Of a stretch of 64,000 nt of DNA, positions 1 through 9,655 are shown in pieces. Position 1 is the first letter of the stretch, and each line of letters opens with the position of its first letter. Under the pieces are notes generated by a model. It did no database searches, was not told the DNA's origin, and saw only the letters and a list, made by a program, of their open reading frames with translations. The stretch comes from an uncultured Gemmatimonadales bacterium (lineage in GTDB: Bacteria > Gemmatimonadota > Gemmatimonadetes > Longimicrobiales > Gaopeijiaceae), in NCBI GenBank assembly GCA_963809895.1, contig CAWELD010000010.1, positions 992,001 through 1,056,000 of the forward strand. Reading direction: 5' to 3'. The position numbers and the translations under genes were made by a program.

Positions 1-819
1 ATAGCCCAGGCGCGGATCGGCATAGCGGGCGCGCATCGGCTCGGCAGGTAGCAGGACCAGCGACTGGCTCAGGGCCAGCGTGATGGTGTTCGTGTCCTGG
101 TCCGAGGGCGGTGCGCCGGCGTCGAAGGTCTGCGTATGTCGAACCTCGACGTTCTGTGGATAGGCGCGGATGGCGTCGATGAACGATCGGGCGGCGTCCA
201 GGCGGCGTACCTGATACTCGCGCCGCATGGCCGACGTGAGACCGGCCAGCGCCGGCGTGTCGCCTGCGAAGAAGTCGGTGACGTCCACCACCGTCGACGC
301 CGAGTCCGGACCCAATGCCTCGATGTCGAAGGACGCCAGCACCGGAGGCAGGTTGTTCACCACCACCGACCGATGAATGGGCAGCGAGTCGTCGGCCACC
401 TGCTGGAACGACTGCTTGCGCACCAGGATGCGGTCGCCCTGGCGCTGGAAGCGAATCACCTGCTCGCGGAGACTCACGCCGGCCGGCAGGTAGCCGCTGA
501 AGCCAGGAGGAACGCCGGCGAGACGCGTGATGAGCAGGATGTCCCGGCCCAGAAGGGAATCGGGGATCTCGAAGTGCCAGCGCTCACCCACCCGGTGCAC
601 GTGGATCATGCCCGAGTCCGTCACGGCGTCGGCGGTGACGACCTGGCCGAAGGGCTTGGGGCCCTCCTGTGGGCCACGGGCGTCCCGCGATGGCGTCGCC
701 GGGCCCGCCGCCTGCGGCCGACCGCCGTGGAAGAGGCTACACCCACCCAGGGTCAGGCTGGCCGCAGCGGTCAGGGCGAGCAGCCCCGGGCGCGTCATCC
801 ATCGACAGACTCTCACCAT
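1..819 (-). CDS. Zinc-dependent metalloprotease (DUF5118/DUF5117/EcxA-like) lipoprotein, N-terminal part; runs off the window edge
   Basis: Not in the ORF track; translated by hand: (MVRVCRW)MTRPGLLALTAAASLTLGGC...WHFEIPDSLLGRDILL...LVLLPAEPMRARYADPRLGY. Lipobox LGGC. Start is ATG 819 or 798. Confidence 0.85.
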   Translation of the reverse strand, partial: MVRVCRWMTRPGLLALTAAASLTLGGCSLFHGGRPQAAGPATPSRDARGPQEGPKPFGQVVTADAVTDSGMIHVHRVGERWHFEIPDSLLGRDILLITRLAGVPPGFSGYLPAGVSLREQVIRFQRQGDRILVRKQSFQQVADDSLPIHRSVVVNNLPPVLASFDIEALGPDSASTVVDVTDFFAGDTPALAGLTSAMRREYQVRRLDAARSFIDAIRAYPQNVEVRHTQTFDAGAPPSDQDTNTITLALSQSLVLLPAEPMRARYADPRLGY

Positions 820-826
820 GAGGTCC

Positions 827-1357
827 TCAGCTGCTCCACGGCGGCACCACGCCGTTCGTGCGGGCGTAGGCGATGGACTGTCCGAGATGCTCGTGACAGT
901 GCGTCTGCATCAGCATGAGAGCGGCTCGCACGTTGGTGTCGCGGCCGAAGACCTTGGCGGCGCGGTCCAGATCCGGGTCCGCGGTGGTGCGGACCACCGA
1001 GATGAGGTGATCGAAGCCTTCGCGGAGCGCTTCGATGACGGCCGGCTTGTCGGTGAGGGTCTCGCCCTGCTGCAACCACGCGGGTGGGCCGCCCTCGGGC
1101 ATGGATGCCCCGATCAGGTTGGTGGGCAGTCCCATGTTCGCGCTGGCGATGTGCATGTACACCTCGCTCACCGAGCGGACCCCGTCTTCGGGCCGCCAGC
1201 CGTAGGTGGAGGCGGGCATCGCTTCGGCCAGGCCCAGGAACTTGTCACGTACCTCCTCCAGGTCCCTGGCCATCTCCTCCTGGAAGGTCTGGGCTGCGGC
1301 GGGCGCGGCGAGGACGAGAAGGGCCAGGGCGGGGGTCCAGACGGGCACTCTACGCAT
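827..1357 (-). CDS. DinB family protein with signal peptide
   Basis: LAEAMP..YGWRPEDGVRSVSEVYMHIA and HCHEHLGQ motifs; GGAGG RBS before ATG 1357; AAA-Q cleavage site. Confidence 0.85.
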   Translation of the reverse strand: MRRVPVWTPALALLVLAAPAAAQTFQEEMARDLEEVRDKFLGLAEAMPASTYGWRPEDGVRSVSEVYMHIASANMGLPTNLIGASMPEGGPPAWLQQGETLTDKPAVIEALREGFDHLISVVRTTADPDLDRAAKVFGRDTNVRAALMLMQTHCHEHLGQSIAYARTNGVVPPWSS

Positions 1358-1394
1358 GGTGGGCCTCCGATGGAGAGAGTCGTGCTGACACGTG

Positions 1395-1437
1395 GCGAGC
1401 CCCCGGGCACGTCGACTGCGACGCGCCCGGGGCTCGC
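1395..1437 (-). terminator. GC-rich hairpin between the ADOP permease and DinB genes (possible terminator)
   Basis: GCGAGCCCC(C)GGGCACGTCG...CGACGCGCCCGGGGCTCGC inverted repeat; no U-tract. Confidence 0.4.
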
Positions 1438-1494
1438 ATGATGGGGAGAGATACGTGTGGCGCGCCACCTCCATGACCGGGGCGAAGGCGCGTC

Positions 1495-4158
1495 TCAATC
1501 CCCCCGCAGCACCTCCACCGGATCGACGCGGCTGGCAGCACGGGCCGGCAGCAGCGTCGCCGCGAACGACGCGGCGCCCAGGAGAGCGGCGACGGCCAGG
1601 AAGGTCACGGGGTCGGTGGGGGCGACGCCGAACAGGAAGGCGTCCAGGAAGCGGGTGAGCAGCAAGGCTCCGGCGAGTCCCAGGACGAGCCCCGGCCCGA
1701 CCAGGCGGGCGCCCTGTGCCAGCACGAGCCGCAGGACATCCCTTCGGGCCGAGCCGAGGGCCATGCGAATTCCGATCTCTCGTTTGCGGCGTCCCACCGT
1801 ATAGGCGACCACCCCGTAGAGGCCGATCACGGCCAGGACCGCGGCGACGCCCGCGAAGATGCCCAGCAGCGCGAGCGCGAAGCGCACGTCGGCGCTCTGC
1901 TGCCTCACGACGTCGGTCACGAATGCCGGCTCCGCCAGGGGGACTTCGGGATCCAGGCTCGCCACGGCCTCACGCAGGGCCGGGATGAGCCGGGTGCCTT
2001 CGAGCGAGCTCTGCACGAGCACGTCGACCTCCCAGTCCACCCAGGACCATCCGCGGCTGTCGAAGTAGATCGCCTCGCTCCCGATGTCGGCGAGGCTCTC
2101 TGCTCTCACGTCCTCTACGACGCCGATGACGCGAAAGGCCTGGGGCGCGCCGCCCCAGGGGCTGGCCATCACCGTCCTTCCCACGGCGGGCTGTCCGGGC
2201 CACGCCCGCTCGGCCAGGCTCCGACTCACCACCGCCACGTTCCGGTCCTGGCCGTCGGCGAAGAGATCGCCGTCCACGACGGGGATGCCCACGGTGGAGA
2301 AGTACGCTTCCGTGGCCAGCACGTAGTCGGCGTAGCGGTGCGTGTCGCCGTCCACGTCTCCGGCCGTGTACTCGCCGGTCCAGGTGGAGCCCGAGAAGGG
2401 CATCGGCCACACCGTGCCGGCGCCCGAGACGCCGGGCAGCTCATCGATCCGACGTTCGAGCGCTCGGTAGAAGCGGTCGGCGTCGTCGGGAAATCCGTAG
2501 CGCGCTCCGGGGATGGTGACGGAAAAGCTGAACATGTCTTCGGTGTCGAATCCCGGGTCGACGCCTCGCATGCGCAGGAGGCTTCCGGTGAGGAGACCCG
2601 CCCCGATGAGCAGGACCAGCGACAGGGCCACCTGCGCCACCACCAGACCGCCGTACATTCCGCGTGCGTGCAGCTGCGGGGCACGGCTGGATCGAAGGTC
2701 GCGGCCCGGCTCCGCGCGCGCGGCCCGCCGGGCCGGCACCAGCCCCACGAACACCGTGACGAGTCCCACCAGCGCCAGACCGAACGCCAGGACGCGGCCG
2801 TCGATACCCACCGTCTCCAGGAACGGCAGGTCGGCGGGTCCGAGCCCTCGGATGACGGCGAGCGAGGTGTGGGCGACCGCGACGCCCGCCGCCGCTCCCA
2901 TGGAGGCCAGCAGCAGGCTCTCGGTGAGCATGAGGCGGCCCACCCGGGTGGTCGAGGAGCCCAGTGCCATGCGCAGCGCCATCTCGGAGCGCCGGCTCTG
3001 TACCCTCGCCAGCAGGAGGTTGGCGACGTTGGCGCAGGCGATGAGGAGCACGAATCCCACGGCTCCGAGCAACAGGAGCAGCGTGCTCCGCACCCCTTTG
3101 ACGACCTGATCGTGCAAAGGCGCGACCGCGATGTGGAGCTCGGCTTCCGCGTACGCCGGAATATCACCGCGGAGTGCGGTCACCAGGGCGTCGGTGGCCG
3201 CCTGGGCCTGGTCGATGGTGACGCCGTCTTGCAGCCGTGCCAGGACCTGCAGGAGGCCGAACGCAGCTCCGTTCTCGTGCCAGACGTCCCCGTTCTGCCA
3301 GAAGGAGTCGGGGTTCTTCCAGAGGTCGGCACGGTCCGCGCTTCCACGGCCGGGGAGGTCCAGCCGAAAGTTCGCCGGCAGGACTCCCACGACGGTGCTC
3401 GGATGGCCGTCGAGACGGACGCTGCGACCGACGACGTCGGGATCGGACCCGAACTGGGCGACCCAGAGGCGGTGGGACAGCACCACGGTTCCCGGGGGAT
3501 CTTCGGGGCCGTAGAGGCGGCCCAGCCGCGGCTCCACCCCGAGCATCTGGAGGAAGCGGGGCGAACTCCAGGCGACCAGCGTCTGCCGCGGGCTCCCCGA
3601 GCCCGTGAGATTCTGTCGGATGAGGGCGATCCCTTCCACCTGAGCGAAGGCGTCGTCGCGGGCTCGGAAGCGATCCAGGAGGCCGCCGGCGAGTTTCGCG
3701 TCGTCCACGCCGTCGCGCCGAAGCTGGCCTTGCAGGTACACGAGGCGGTCCGCACCGGGATAGGGCAGCGGTCGCAGCAGGACCGCGTCGACCACACTGA
3801 AGATCGCAGCGTTGAGTCCGACGCCGAGGGCGAGCGTGGTGACGATCACCACCGACAAGATCGGCGACCGCTTCAGTCCCTGTACGGCGTGTCGAAGATC
3901 GAGAATCCATCCCGTCATCCACCCCTCCCTGGTCGTCGTTCGTCGACTTCGTCCCCGCGGCGGACGCACTCGCAAGCGGTATGCGCCCAGCAGAAGATCC
4001 GCGCTCACGAGACAGGCTTGCCACACACGCGCCAAGCCACCTGGACTTCGCGCCAACTCCGCGGCCGCGTGATCCTGCGCCTCCTCGGCGTGGGTCTCCC
4101 GGAAATCACGTGGGTAGAGGAGCAGGAGAAGACGGACCCAGGTGCGCATGGGCGTCAA
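1495..4158 (-). CDS. ADOP-family duplicated orphan ABC permease (MacB/FtsX x2), copy 1
   Basis: TLALGVGLNAAIFSVVDAVLLRPLPY, LLIACANVANLLL, RRKREIGIRMALG, RAASRVDPVEVLR motifs. Confidence 0.93.
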   Translation of the reverse strand: MTPMRTWVRLLLLLYPRDFRETHAEEAQDHAAAELARSPGGLARVWQACLVSADLLLGAYRLRVRPPRGRSRRTTTREGWMTGWILDLRHAVQGLKRSPILSVVIVTTLALGVGLNAAIFSVVDAVLLRPLPYPGADRLVYLQGQLRRDGVDDAKLAGGLLDRFRARDDAFAQVEGIALIRQNLTGSGSPRQTLVAWSSPRFLQMLGVEPRLGRLYGPEDPPGTVVLSHRLWVAQFGSDPDVVGRSVRLDGHPSTVVGVLPANFRLDLPGRGSADRADLWKNPDSFWQNGDVWHENGAAFGLLQVLARLQDGVTIDQAQAATDALVTALRGDIPAYAEAELHIAVAPLHDQVVKGVRSTLLLLLGAVGFVLLIACANVANLLLARVQSRRSEMALRMALGSSTTRVGRLMLTESLLLASMGAAAGVAVAHTSLAVIRGLGPADLPFLETVGIDGRVLAFGLALVGLVTVFVGLVPARRAARAEPGRDLRSSRAPQLHARGMYGGLVVAQVALSLVLLIGAGLLTGSLLRMRGVDPGFDTEDMFSFSVTIPGARYGFPDDADRFYRALERRIDELPGVSGAGTVWPMPFSGSTWTGEYTAGDVDGDTHRYADYVLATEAYFSTVGIPVVDGDLFADGQDRNVAVVSRSLAERAWPGQPAVGRTVMASPWGGAPQAFRVIGVVEDVRAESLADIGSEAIYFDSRGWSWVDWEVDVLVQSSLEGTRLIPALREAVASLDPEVPLAEPAFVTDVVRQQSADVRFALALLGIFAGVAAVLAVIGLYGVVAYTVGRRKREIGIRMALGSARRDVLRLVLAQGARLVGPGLVLGLAGALLLTRFLDAFLFGVAPTDPVTFLAVAALLGAASFAATLLPARAASRVDPVEVLRGD

Positions 4159-4499
4159 TGCTCTCCTTCGGGCAGCAGACGTTCCGCGCGGGCGTAGCGT
4201 ACGATCCCGTCCAGGCGTCGCAGCTCCTCCTGGAGGATCGCACTCCCCTCCGACGTGATGCGGTAGACCCGTTTGCGGGCGTCACCCTCGCTGTCGACCT
4301 CCTGAATCCACTCGTCGGCCTCCATGCGGTGGATGGCCTCGTAGAGGGTGCCCGGACCCAGGTTGAGCGCACCGTCGGTGCGGGCTTCGACATCCTGCTT
4401 GATGCCATATCCGTGAAGGTCCCGCCCTGCGAGTGACAGCAGGATGTGCAGGGCGGCGGGCGTCAGGAGGTCCCTGGGGCTGCGAGGTGAGGAAGCCAT
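4155..4499 (-). CDS. PadR family transcriptional regulator
   Basis: HILLSL...LHGYGI...LGPGTLYEAIHRM...RVYRIT; 4-bp overlap with ADOP copy 1. Confidence 0.92.
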   Translation of the reverse strand: MASSPRSPRDLLTPAALHILLSLAGRDLHGYGIKQDVEARTDGALNLGPGTLYEAIHRMEADEWIQEVDSEGDARKRVYRITSEGSAILQEELRRLDGIVRYARAERLLPEGEH

Positions 4500-4502
4500 G
4501 AT

Positions 4503-4538
4503 AGGTATCGGTGAGTGATATATCGGTCACCGACTATA
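4503..4538. promoter_or_regulatory. Candidate PadR operator pseudo-palindromes in the divergent promoter
   Basis: AT-rich overlapping sites GGTATCG-N5-TGATATA and TATATCG-N5-CGACTATA just upstream of padR. Confidence 0.45.
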
Positions 4539-4631
4539 CGGCGTGCCGCCCGTGCGAGCAAGACTCTTGTCAACTGCGGTGATCATCGATATAGTGGCGA
4601 GCGACGTAGTTGCGACCCTCGGAGGCTCGTC

Positions 4632-4985
4632 ATGCCCGATTCCAATGAACCGAACCTGCCCCTGACCCCGCTCACGCATGCCGTCCTGGTGGCGTTGGGT
4701 GGTGGAGAGCACCACGGGTACGCATTGCTGGAGGAGATCGCGGACGTCACGGACGGGGCGGTGCGCCCGGGGACAGGGACACTCTACGCTGCACTCCGGC
4801 GCCTTCAGGACGAGGGGCTCATCGAGGATTCGGGGCGGGAGCCCGAGCCCGGAGAGGACAGCCGGCGTCGCTACTACCGACTCACACGGCTCGGGCGTCG
4901 GACGGCCCGTGCCGAGAGCATGCGACTCAGCCGGTTGGTGGACGTGGCGCGTCGACGGAATCTCCTGCCGGAGAGCACACCGTGA
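4632..4985 (+). CDS. PadR family transcriptional regulator
   Basis: HHGYALL...GTGTLYAALRRL...RRRYYRLT; GGAGG RBS before ATG 4632. Confidence 0.92.
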   Translation: MPDSNEPNLPLTPLTHAVLVALGGGEHHGYALLEEIADVTDGAVRPGTGTLYAALRRLQDEGLIEDSGREPEPGEDSRRRYYRLTRLGRRTARAESMRLSRLVDVARRRNLLPESTP

Positions 4986-7618
4986 TCTCGCGAATCGTGC
5001 GGGCCCTCCACGGTGGCCTGCTGCGCTTGCTGCCCGGTGCCTTGCACCCCCACAGAGGGGAGATGGCCGCCGCCTTCGACGAGATGGAGCGCGCGGCACG
5101 GGCGCGCCACGGTGCCCTGGGATCCGTGATCGTGCTCCTGAGAGACGGATGGGACCTGCTGGTGACCTCGGTGACGGCGCGTGCGCGTGCGTGGCGTGGA
5201 TCGTCGGGGTCGCCACGCGTGGCCGCCGCCGCCAGATCGGTGGCCCGACGGCCGGGGCTCGCCCTGGCCGTCGCGAGCGTGGCCGCGGTCAGCGTCGCCG
5301 GAGCCACGGTGGTCTTCACCCTGGCCGACGGCGTTCTGCTGAGGCCGCTCCCGTATCCGGAGCCCGGGCGGCTGGTCAACGTCTTCCAGACCAATCCGGA
5401 GCTGGGCTGGGAGAGGGGGCCCGTGTCGCTGCCCAACTTCGACGATTGGCGCCGGCAGGCCGACGTCTTCGAGGACATGGGCGCCGTGCAGATGGGCCTG
5501 CGCGAAATCGTGAGCCGTGAGGACGGCTCGCGGGTGGTGCTGGGATCCCGCGTCACCGGGGGATTCTTCGCGACCCTGGGCGTGGCTCCGGTGCTGGGCC
5601 GGACCCTGGACGACGACGACATGCGTCCCGGCGCTCCGGCGGTCGCGGTGCTCGGCCACCACATGTGGCAGGACTTGTTCGGGGGCGATCCGGGCCTGGT
5701 CGGGCGCGCGGTGGAGCTCGGGGGCGTGCCGACGCGGGTCGTGGGGGTCATGCCGGCGAGCTTCCCGCCGCTCTTCGGCGGCGAGGAGTTCTGGGTCCCT
5801 CTGCGCCAAGATCCGGCGGAGGCCGATCGCGGAACCAACTTCCTCACCGTCTTCGGACGCCTGAAGCCAGGAGCCACGGTGGCCGAGGCCGGTGCGTACA
5901 TGGCGGCGCTGTCGGACCGCATCACCCGTGTCACACCGGAGGGGAACGAGGGGCGCGAGGTCCGCGTGGAGGCGCGGGACGCGGTGGTGCGGGGCAGCCT
6001 TCGGACGCCGTTCTTCCTGCTGCTCGCCTCGGGGCTGCTTCTGCTGGTGGTCGCGGCGGCGAACCTCGCGGCGCTTCATCTCGTGCGCGGTGTGCGCCGC
6101 CGCACGGAGCTGTCGATCCGAACCGCCCTGGGCGCGGGGAGCCGTGACCTGTCGGCCTATCTGACAGCCGAGTGGACGCTGCTGTGTGCGCTGGGGACCG
6201 TGGCGGCGATTCCACTGGCGCACGTGGCGCTGGCGGGCGTGATCTCCCTGACACCCCCGAGGATTCCCGGTCTCGACGCGGTCGCCCTGAACGGACGGGC
6301 GTTGGCGTTCGCGCTGGGCGCGGGAGGGCTCCTCATGGTGGTCTCGGGCTGGATTCCCGCGCGCCGGATCATGCGTTCCGCGGGGCGCGGGGTGGGCGTG
6401 GGATCGACGCTTCGCCAGGGGCCGGTGGCAGCCACGAGGCCGCAACGCCTGCTCATGGTGTTCCAGGTGGCCGTCGCCGTGGTCCTGATGGTCGGCACGG
6501 CCCTGCTCACCGGCTCCGCCCGCCGGCTGGCCGGCGCAGAGCGGGGCTTCGACAGTCGGGGCGTCCTGACGTTCCAGGTCGTGCCCCCGTCGGATGCCTA
6601 CGGAGATCCCGAGGAGCTCGACGACTTCTACACGCGCCTGTTGGCGGCGCTGCGCACCGTGCCGGGAGTGAGCCACGCCGGCGCGACCTGGGCCCTTCCG
6701 CTGGGCACCGCCTTCGGATCGACCCGCTACGGCTCGGATGGACTCCCCGAGGGTGAGGACGTGCTCGTCCAGATGGTCCCCGAGCGCGGTGACTATCTCG
6801 CCGCCCTCGGCATTCCGCTGCTCCGGGGGCGGGCGCTCACCGACGCCGACGGCCGCGACGGGCAGTTGGTGGCCATGGTGAACGAATCACTGGCGCGCCG
6901 GCTCTGGCCCGACGGAGAAGCCGTGGGTCACGAGCTGCGGAAGGGCAGCGGGGAAGACGCCACACGCATTCCAGTGGTCGGCGTGGTGGCGGACGTGGTC
7001 ATGCAGTCGCTGGGCGAGAGTCCGTCGCTGCAGGCGTTCTTTCCCCACTCGGCCGTACCCTGGGCTCGGGAACTCTACGTGGCGCTGCGCAGCGAGGGCG
7101 ATCCCCTGGCTCTCGTGCCGACGGTCCGGGCCGCGGTGGGTCGTGTGGACGAGCGTGTCGGCATCGCCGGCATCACCACCATGAGCGGGCGGGTGGACGC
7201 CCAGCTCGCGGGCCCGAGGTTCCGTGCCTATCTGGCGGCGGGATTCGGAGGACTCGCGGCCGTGCTCGTGGTGGCCGGACTCTTCGGTCTCACGGCGTTC
7301 ACGGTAGCCGCGCGCACCCGGGAGATCGGCGTGCGCATGGCGTTGGGTGCCCGCCGACCGGGAGTGGTGCTCGCCGTGCTACGCGACGGCCTGGCCATGA
7401 CGGGCCTGGGGGTCGTGATGGGCCTCCTGCTGGCACGGAGCGCGGCGGGGCTCGTCAGCGGCCTTCTGTTCGGCGTCACTGTCGGAGAGCCGGGGATCTA
7501 CGCCGGGGTGGCAGTGGGCGTGCTGCTCGTGACGACCCTCGCCTGCGGGGCCCCGGCGTATCGCGCGAGCCGGGTGCCCCCCACGGAGGCCCTCAGGGAT
7601 CGAGGCGCGGTGACCTGA
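4982..7618 (+). CDS. ADOP-family duplicated orphan permease, copy 2
   Basis: GVLLRPLPYPEPGRLV, RRTELSIRTALGA, RTREIGVRMALGA; GTGA overlap with padR. Confidence 0.9.
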   Translation: MISRIVRALHGGLLRLLPGALHPHRGEMAAAFDEMERAARARHGALGSVIVLLRDGWDLLVTSVTARARAWRGSSGSPRVAAAARSVARRPGLALAVASVAAVSVAGATVVFTLADGVLLRPLPYPEPGRLVNVFQTNPELGWERGPVSLPNFDDWRRQADVFEDMGAVQMGLREIVSREDGSRVVLGSRVTGGFFATLGVAPVLGRTLDDDDMRPGAPAVAVLGHHMWQDLFGGDPGLVGRAVELGGVPTRVVGVMPASFPPLFGGEEFWVPLRQDPAEADRGTNFLTVFGRLKPGATVAEAGAYMAALSDRITRVTPEGNEGREVRVEARDAVVRGSLRTPFFLLLASGLLLLVVAAANLAALHLVRGVRRRTELSIRTALGAGSRDLSAYLTAEWTLLCALGTVAAIPLAHVALAGVISLTPPRIPGLDAVALNGRALAFALGAGGLLMVVSGWIPARRIMRSAGRGVGVGSTLRQGPVAATRPQRLLMVFQVAVAVVLMVGTALLTGSARRLAGAERGFDSRGVLTFQVVPPSDAYGDPEELDDFYTRLLAALRTVPGVSHAGATWALPLGTAFGSTRYGSDGLPEGEDVLVQMVPERGDYLAALGIPLLRGRALTDADGRDGQLVAMVNESLARRLWPDGEAVGHELRKGSGEDATRIPVVGVVADVVMQSLGESPSLQAFFPHSAVPWARELYVALRSEGDPLALVPTVRAAVGRVDERVGIAGITTMSGRVDAQLAGPRFRAYLAAGFGGLAAVLVVAGLFGLTAFTVAARTREIGVRMALGARRPGVVLAVLRDGLAMTGLGVVMGLLLARSAAGLVSGLLFGVTVGEPGIYAGVAVGVLLVTTLACGAPAYRASRVPPTEALRDRGAVT

Positions 7619-7627
7619 CCGCGCCCT

Positions 7628-8917
7628 TCAGGCGGCCGGTGCGACGGGTCTCGCGGCGGCGGCCCGGTCCATGTCCCGGTCGATCCGGTCGATGTAGACG
7701 GTGGCCGACAGATCGCCGACGACGTTGAGCGTGGTCCGGCACATGTCCAGGATCCGGTCCACACCGAGGACGATGGCGATCCCCTCGGGGGGCACGCCCA
7801 CGGTGGCCATGACCACCATCATCAGGGGCAGCGATCCCCCCGGGACGCCCGCGGCGCCGATGGCCGTCAGGACCGAGAGGATCACGACGGCGATCTGCGC
7901 GGGGAGCGGAAGGCCCACGCCGAACACCTGAGCCAGGAAGAGCACCGTGACGCCCTCGAAGAGCGCGGTACCGTTCATGTTCATGGTAGCGCCCAGGGGC
8001 AGGACGAAGCCTGCGATCTTGGGCTGGGCCTTGAGCTGGGTCTCGGCCGTCTCGATGCTCACCGGCAGCGTCGCCATGGACGACGAGGTGGAGAAGGCCG
8101 TGATGATGGGTGCGTCCACAGCCCTGTAGAAGCGCATGGGGCTCATGCGCCCGAAGACCCGGACCAGGAAGGGAATCCCCACCAGGGCATGGATGAGAAG
8201 GCCGCCCACCACCACGACCACGTACATGCCCAGTTGTCCCAGGAGGCTCCAACCGAAGCGTGACGTCATGACGAAGATCAGGCCGAACACGCCGTAGGGC
8301 GCCAGCTTCATGGCCATGTCGATGATCTTGATGACGGCTTCGCCGATCCCGTCCAGAACCTTCACCACCGGTTCCGATTTCTCCTTGGGGATCATGGTGA
8401 GCGCGGCGCCGAAGATCAACGAGAAGAAGATGAGCGCCAGCATGTCCATGTTGGCCATGGCGCCCACCGGATTGCGGGGCACGATGTTGACGAAGGTACT
8501 GACCCCGAACTCCGGCGGTCCGGCCGCGGCCAGCCCTTCGGCGTCGGTGGAGTAGGTGGCCATGAGAGCGTCGCGGGTGACCTGATCCACGCCGCCTCCC
8601 GGATGCAGGGTGTTCACCAGCGTCAGGCCGATGATCGCCGCGATGAGGGTGGAGAGCGCGAAATAGCCGAACGTCCGCCCGCCCAGGCGTCCCACGGTGC
8701 GAATGTCCCCGATGCCGGCTACCCCCAGGGTGATGGAGACGGCCACGATGGGCACCACCGTCATGAAGAGCATGCGCAGGAAGATCTGGCCCACCGGACC
8801 GGCGATGTTGTCGCCGATCCACATGACCCACGGAGCCCCCGGGAAGAGGGCATTGAACGAGCCTCCCACCAGCGCGCCGAGCACGAGTCCCAGCGCGATC
8901 TTCGTATGTAGCTTCAC
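7628..8917 (-). CDS. Dicarboxylate/amino acid:cation symporter (DAACS, GltP-like)
   Basis: FSTSSSMATLP, LPLGATMNMNGTA, GVDRILDMCRTTLNVVGD motifs. Confidence 0.95.
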   Translation of the reverse strand: MKLHTKIALGLVLGALVGGSFNALFPGAPWVMWIGDNIAGPVGQIFLRMLFMTVVPIVAVSITLGVAGIGDIRTVGRLGGRTFGYFALSTLIAAIIGLTLVNTLHPGGGVDQVTRDALMATYSTDAEGLAAAGPPEFGVSTFVNIVPRNPVGAMANMDMLALIFFSLIFGAALTMIPKEKSEPVVKVLDGIGEAVIKIIDMAMKLAPYGVFGLIFVMTSRFGWSLLGQLGMYVVVVVGGLLIHALVGIPFLVRVFGRMSPMRFYRAVDAPIITAFSTSSSMATLPVSIETAETQLKAQPKIAGFVLPLGATMNMNGTALFEGVTVLFLAQVFGVGLPLPAQIAVVILSVLTAIGAAGVPGGSLPLMMVVMATVGVPPEGIAIVLGVDRILDMCRTTLNVVGDLSATVYIDRIDRDMDRAAAARPVAPAA

Positions 8918-9053
8918 CCGATCGTTCTCCTCGTAACGGAAGGCGTCCGGGGTCGGTGCAGGGTCGCCCGCGGACGCGACGGGCCAAGATAGACGCTGCG
9001 CCGGGAGAGGGGCAACGCAGGCAGCGTGTGGGGTCGGGGCGGCGTGAGCGGTA

Positions 9054-9605
9054 TCAGGACTCCAGCGTGTCCAGCAGCCGCTCCAGCGCTCGGAGGACGG
9101 TGTGTTGCTCCCGCCCGTTCAGGGCGGCCAACGCCCTGGGTCCGTCTTCGTCCAGGACCGGGTCCAGCCTCTCCAGGAGCTCCATGCCCGGCTCCGTGAC
9201 ACGGCAGTAGACCACCCGCCGATCCTCCGCGTCCCGCTGCCGCACGACCAGGCCCCGATCCACCAGCTTGTCCACCAGTCGGGTAATGGCGGGCGCCCGC
9301 TCCACCATGCGGTCGCGAATGGTCAACGTCGGCAGCCCGTCGGGACCCGCCCTGCGCAGGATACGCAACACGTTCAACTGTGGGAGCGTGAGCTGTTCGT
9401 GATCGATGAGGGCCTGGAAGTGGCGCTTGAGGGCGTCGGCGGTACGGATGATCGTGGTCATGAGCTCGAGCTCGCGGCTCATGGCCCACTGCGTCGTGGA
9501 GACGGCCAACTGTGCTTGCGACACGATCGCTCCCGGTTCGGACTGGGCTGGGCCGGGGGGCGGAGTGCCCGGCCGGGAAGGCTGGATTGGTACGACCGAA
9601 ACCAT
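9054..9605 (-). CDS. MarR family transcriptional regulator (start 9605 or 9482)
   Basis: LTLPQLNVLRIL, ITRLVDKLVDRGLV, DRRVVYCRVTEPG. Confidence 0.88.
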   Translation of the reverse strand: MVSVVPIQPSRPGTPPPGPAQSEPGAIVSQAQLAVSTTQWAMSRELELMTTIIRTADALKRHFQALIDHEQLTLPQLNVLRILRRAGPDGLPTLTIRDRMVERAPAITRLVDKLVDRGLVVRQRDAEDRRVVYCRVTEPGMELLERLDPVLDEDGPRALAALNGREQHTVLRALERLLDTLES

Positions 9606-9655
9606 CCATGTCGCAAGTGTCGGAAGGTGAAGGTTTCTTAGTAGTGACGCGGGGC

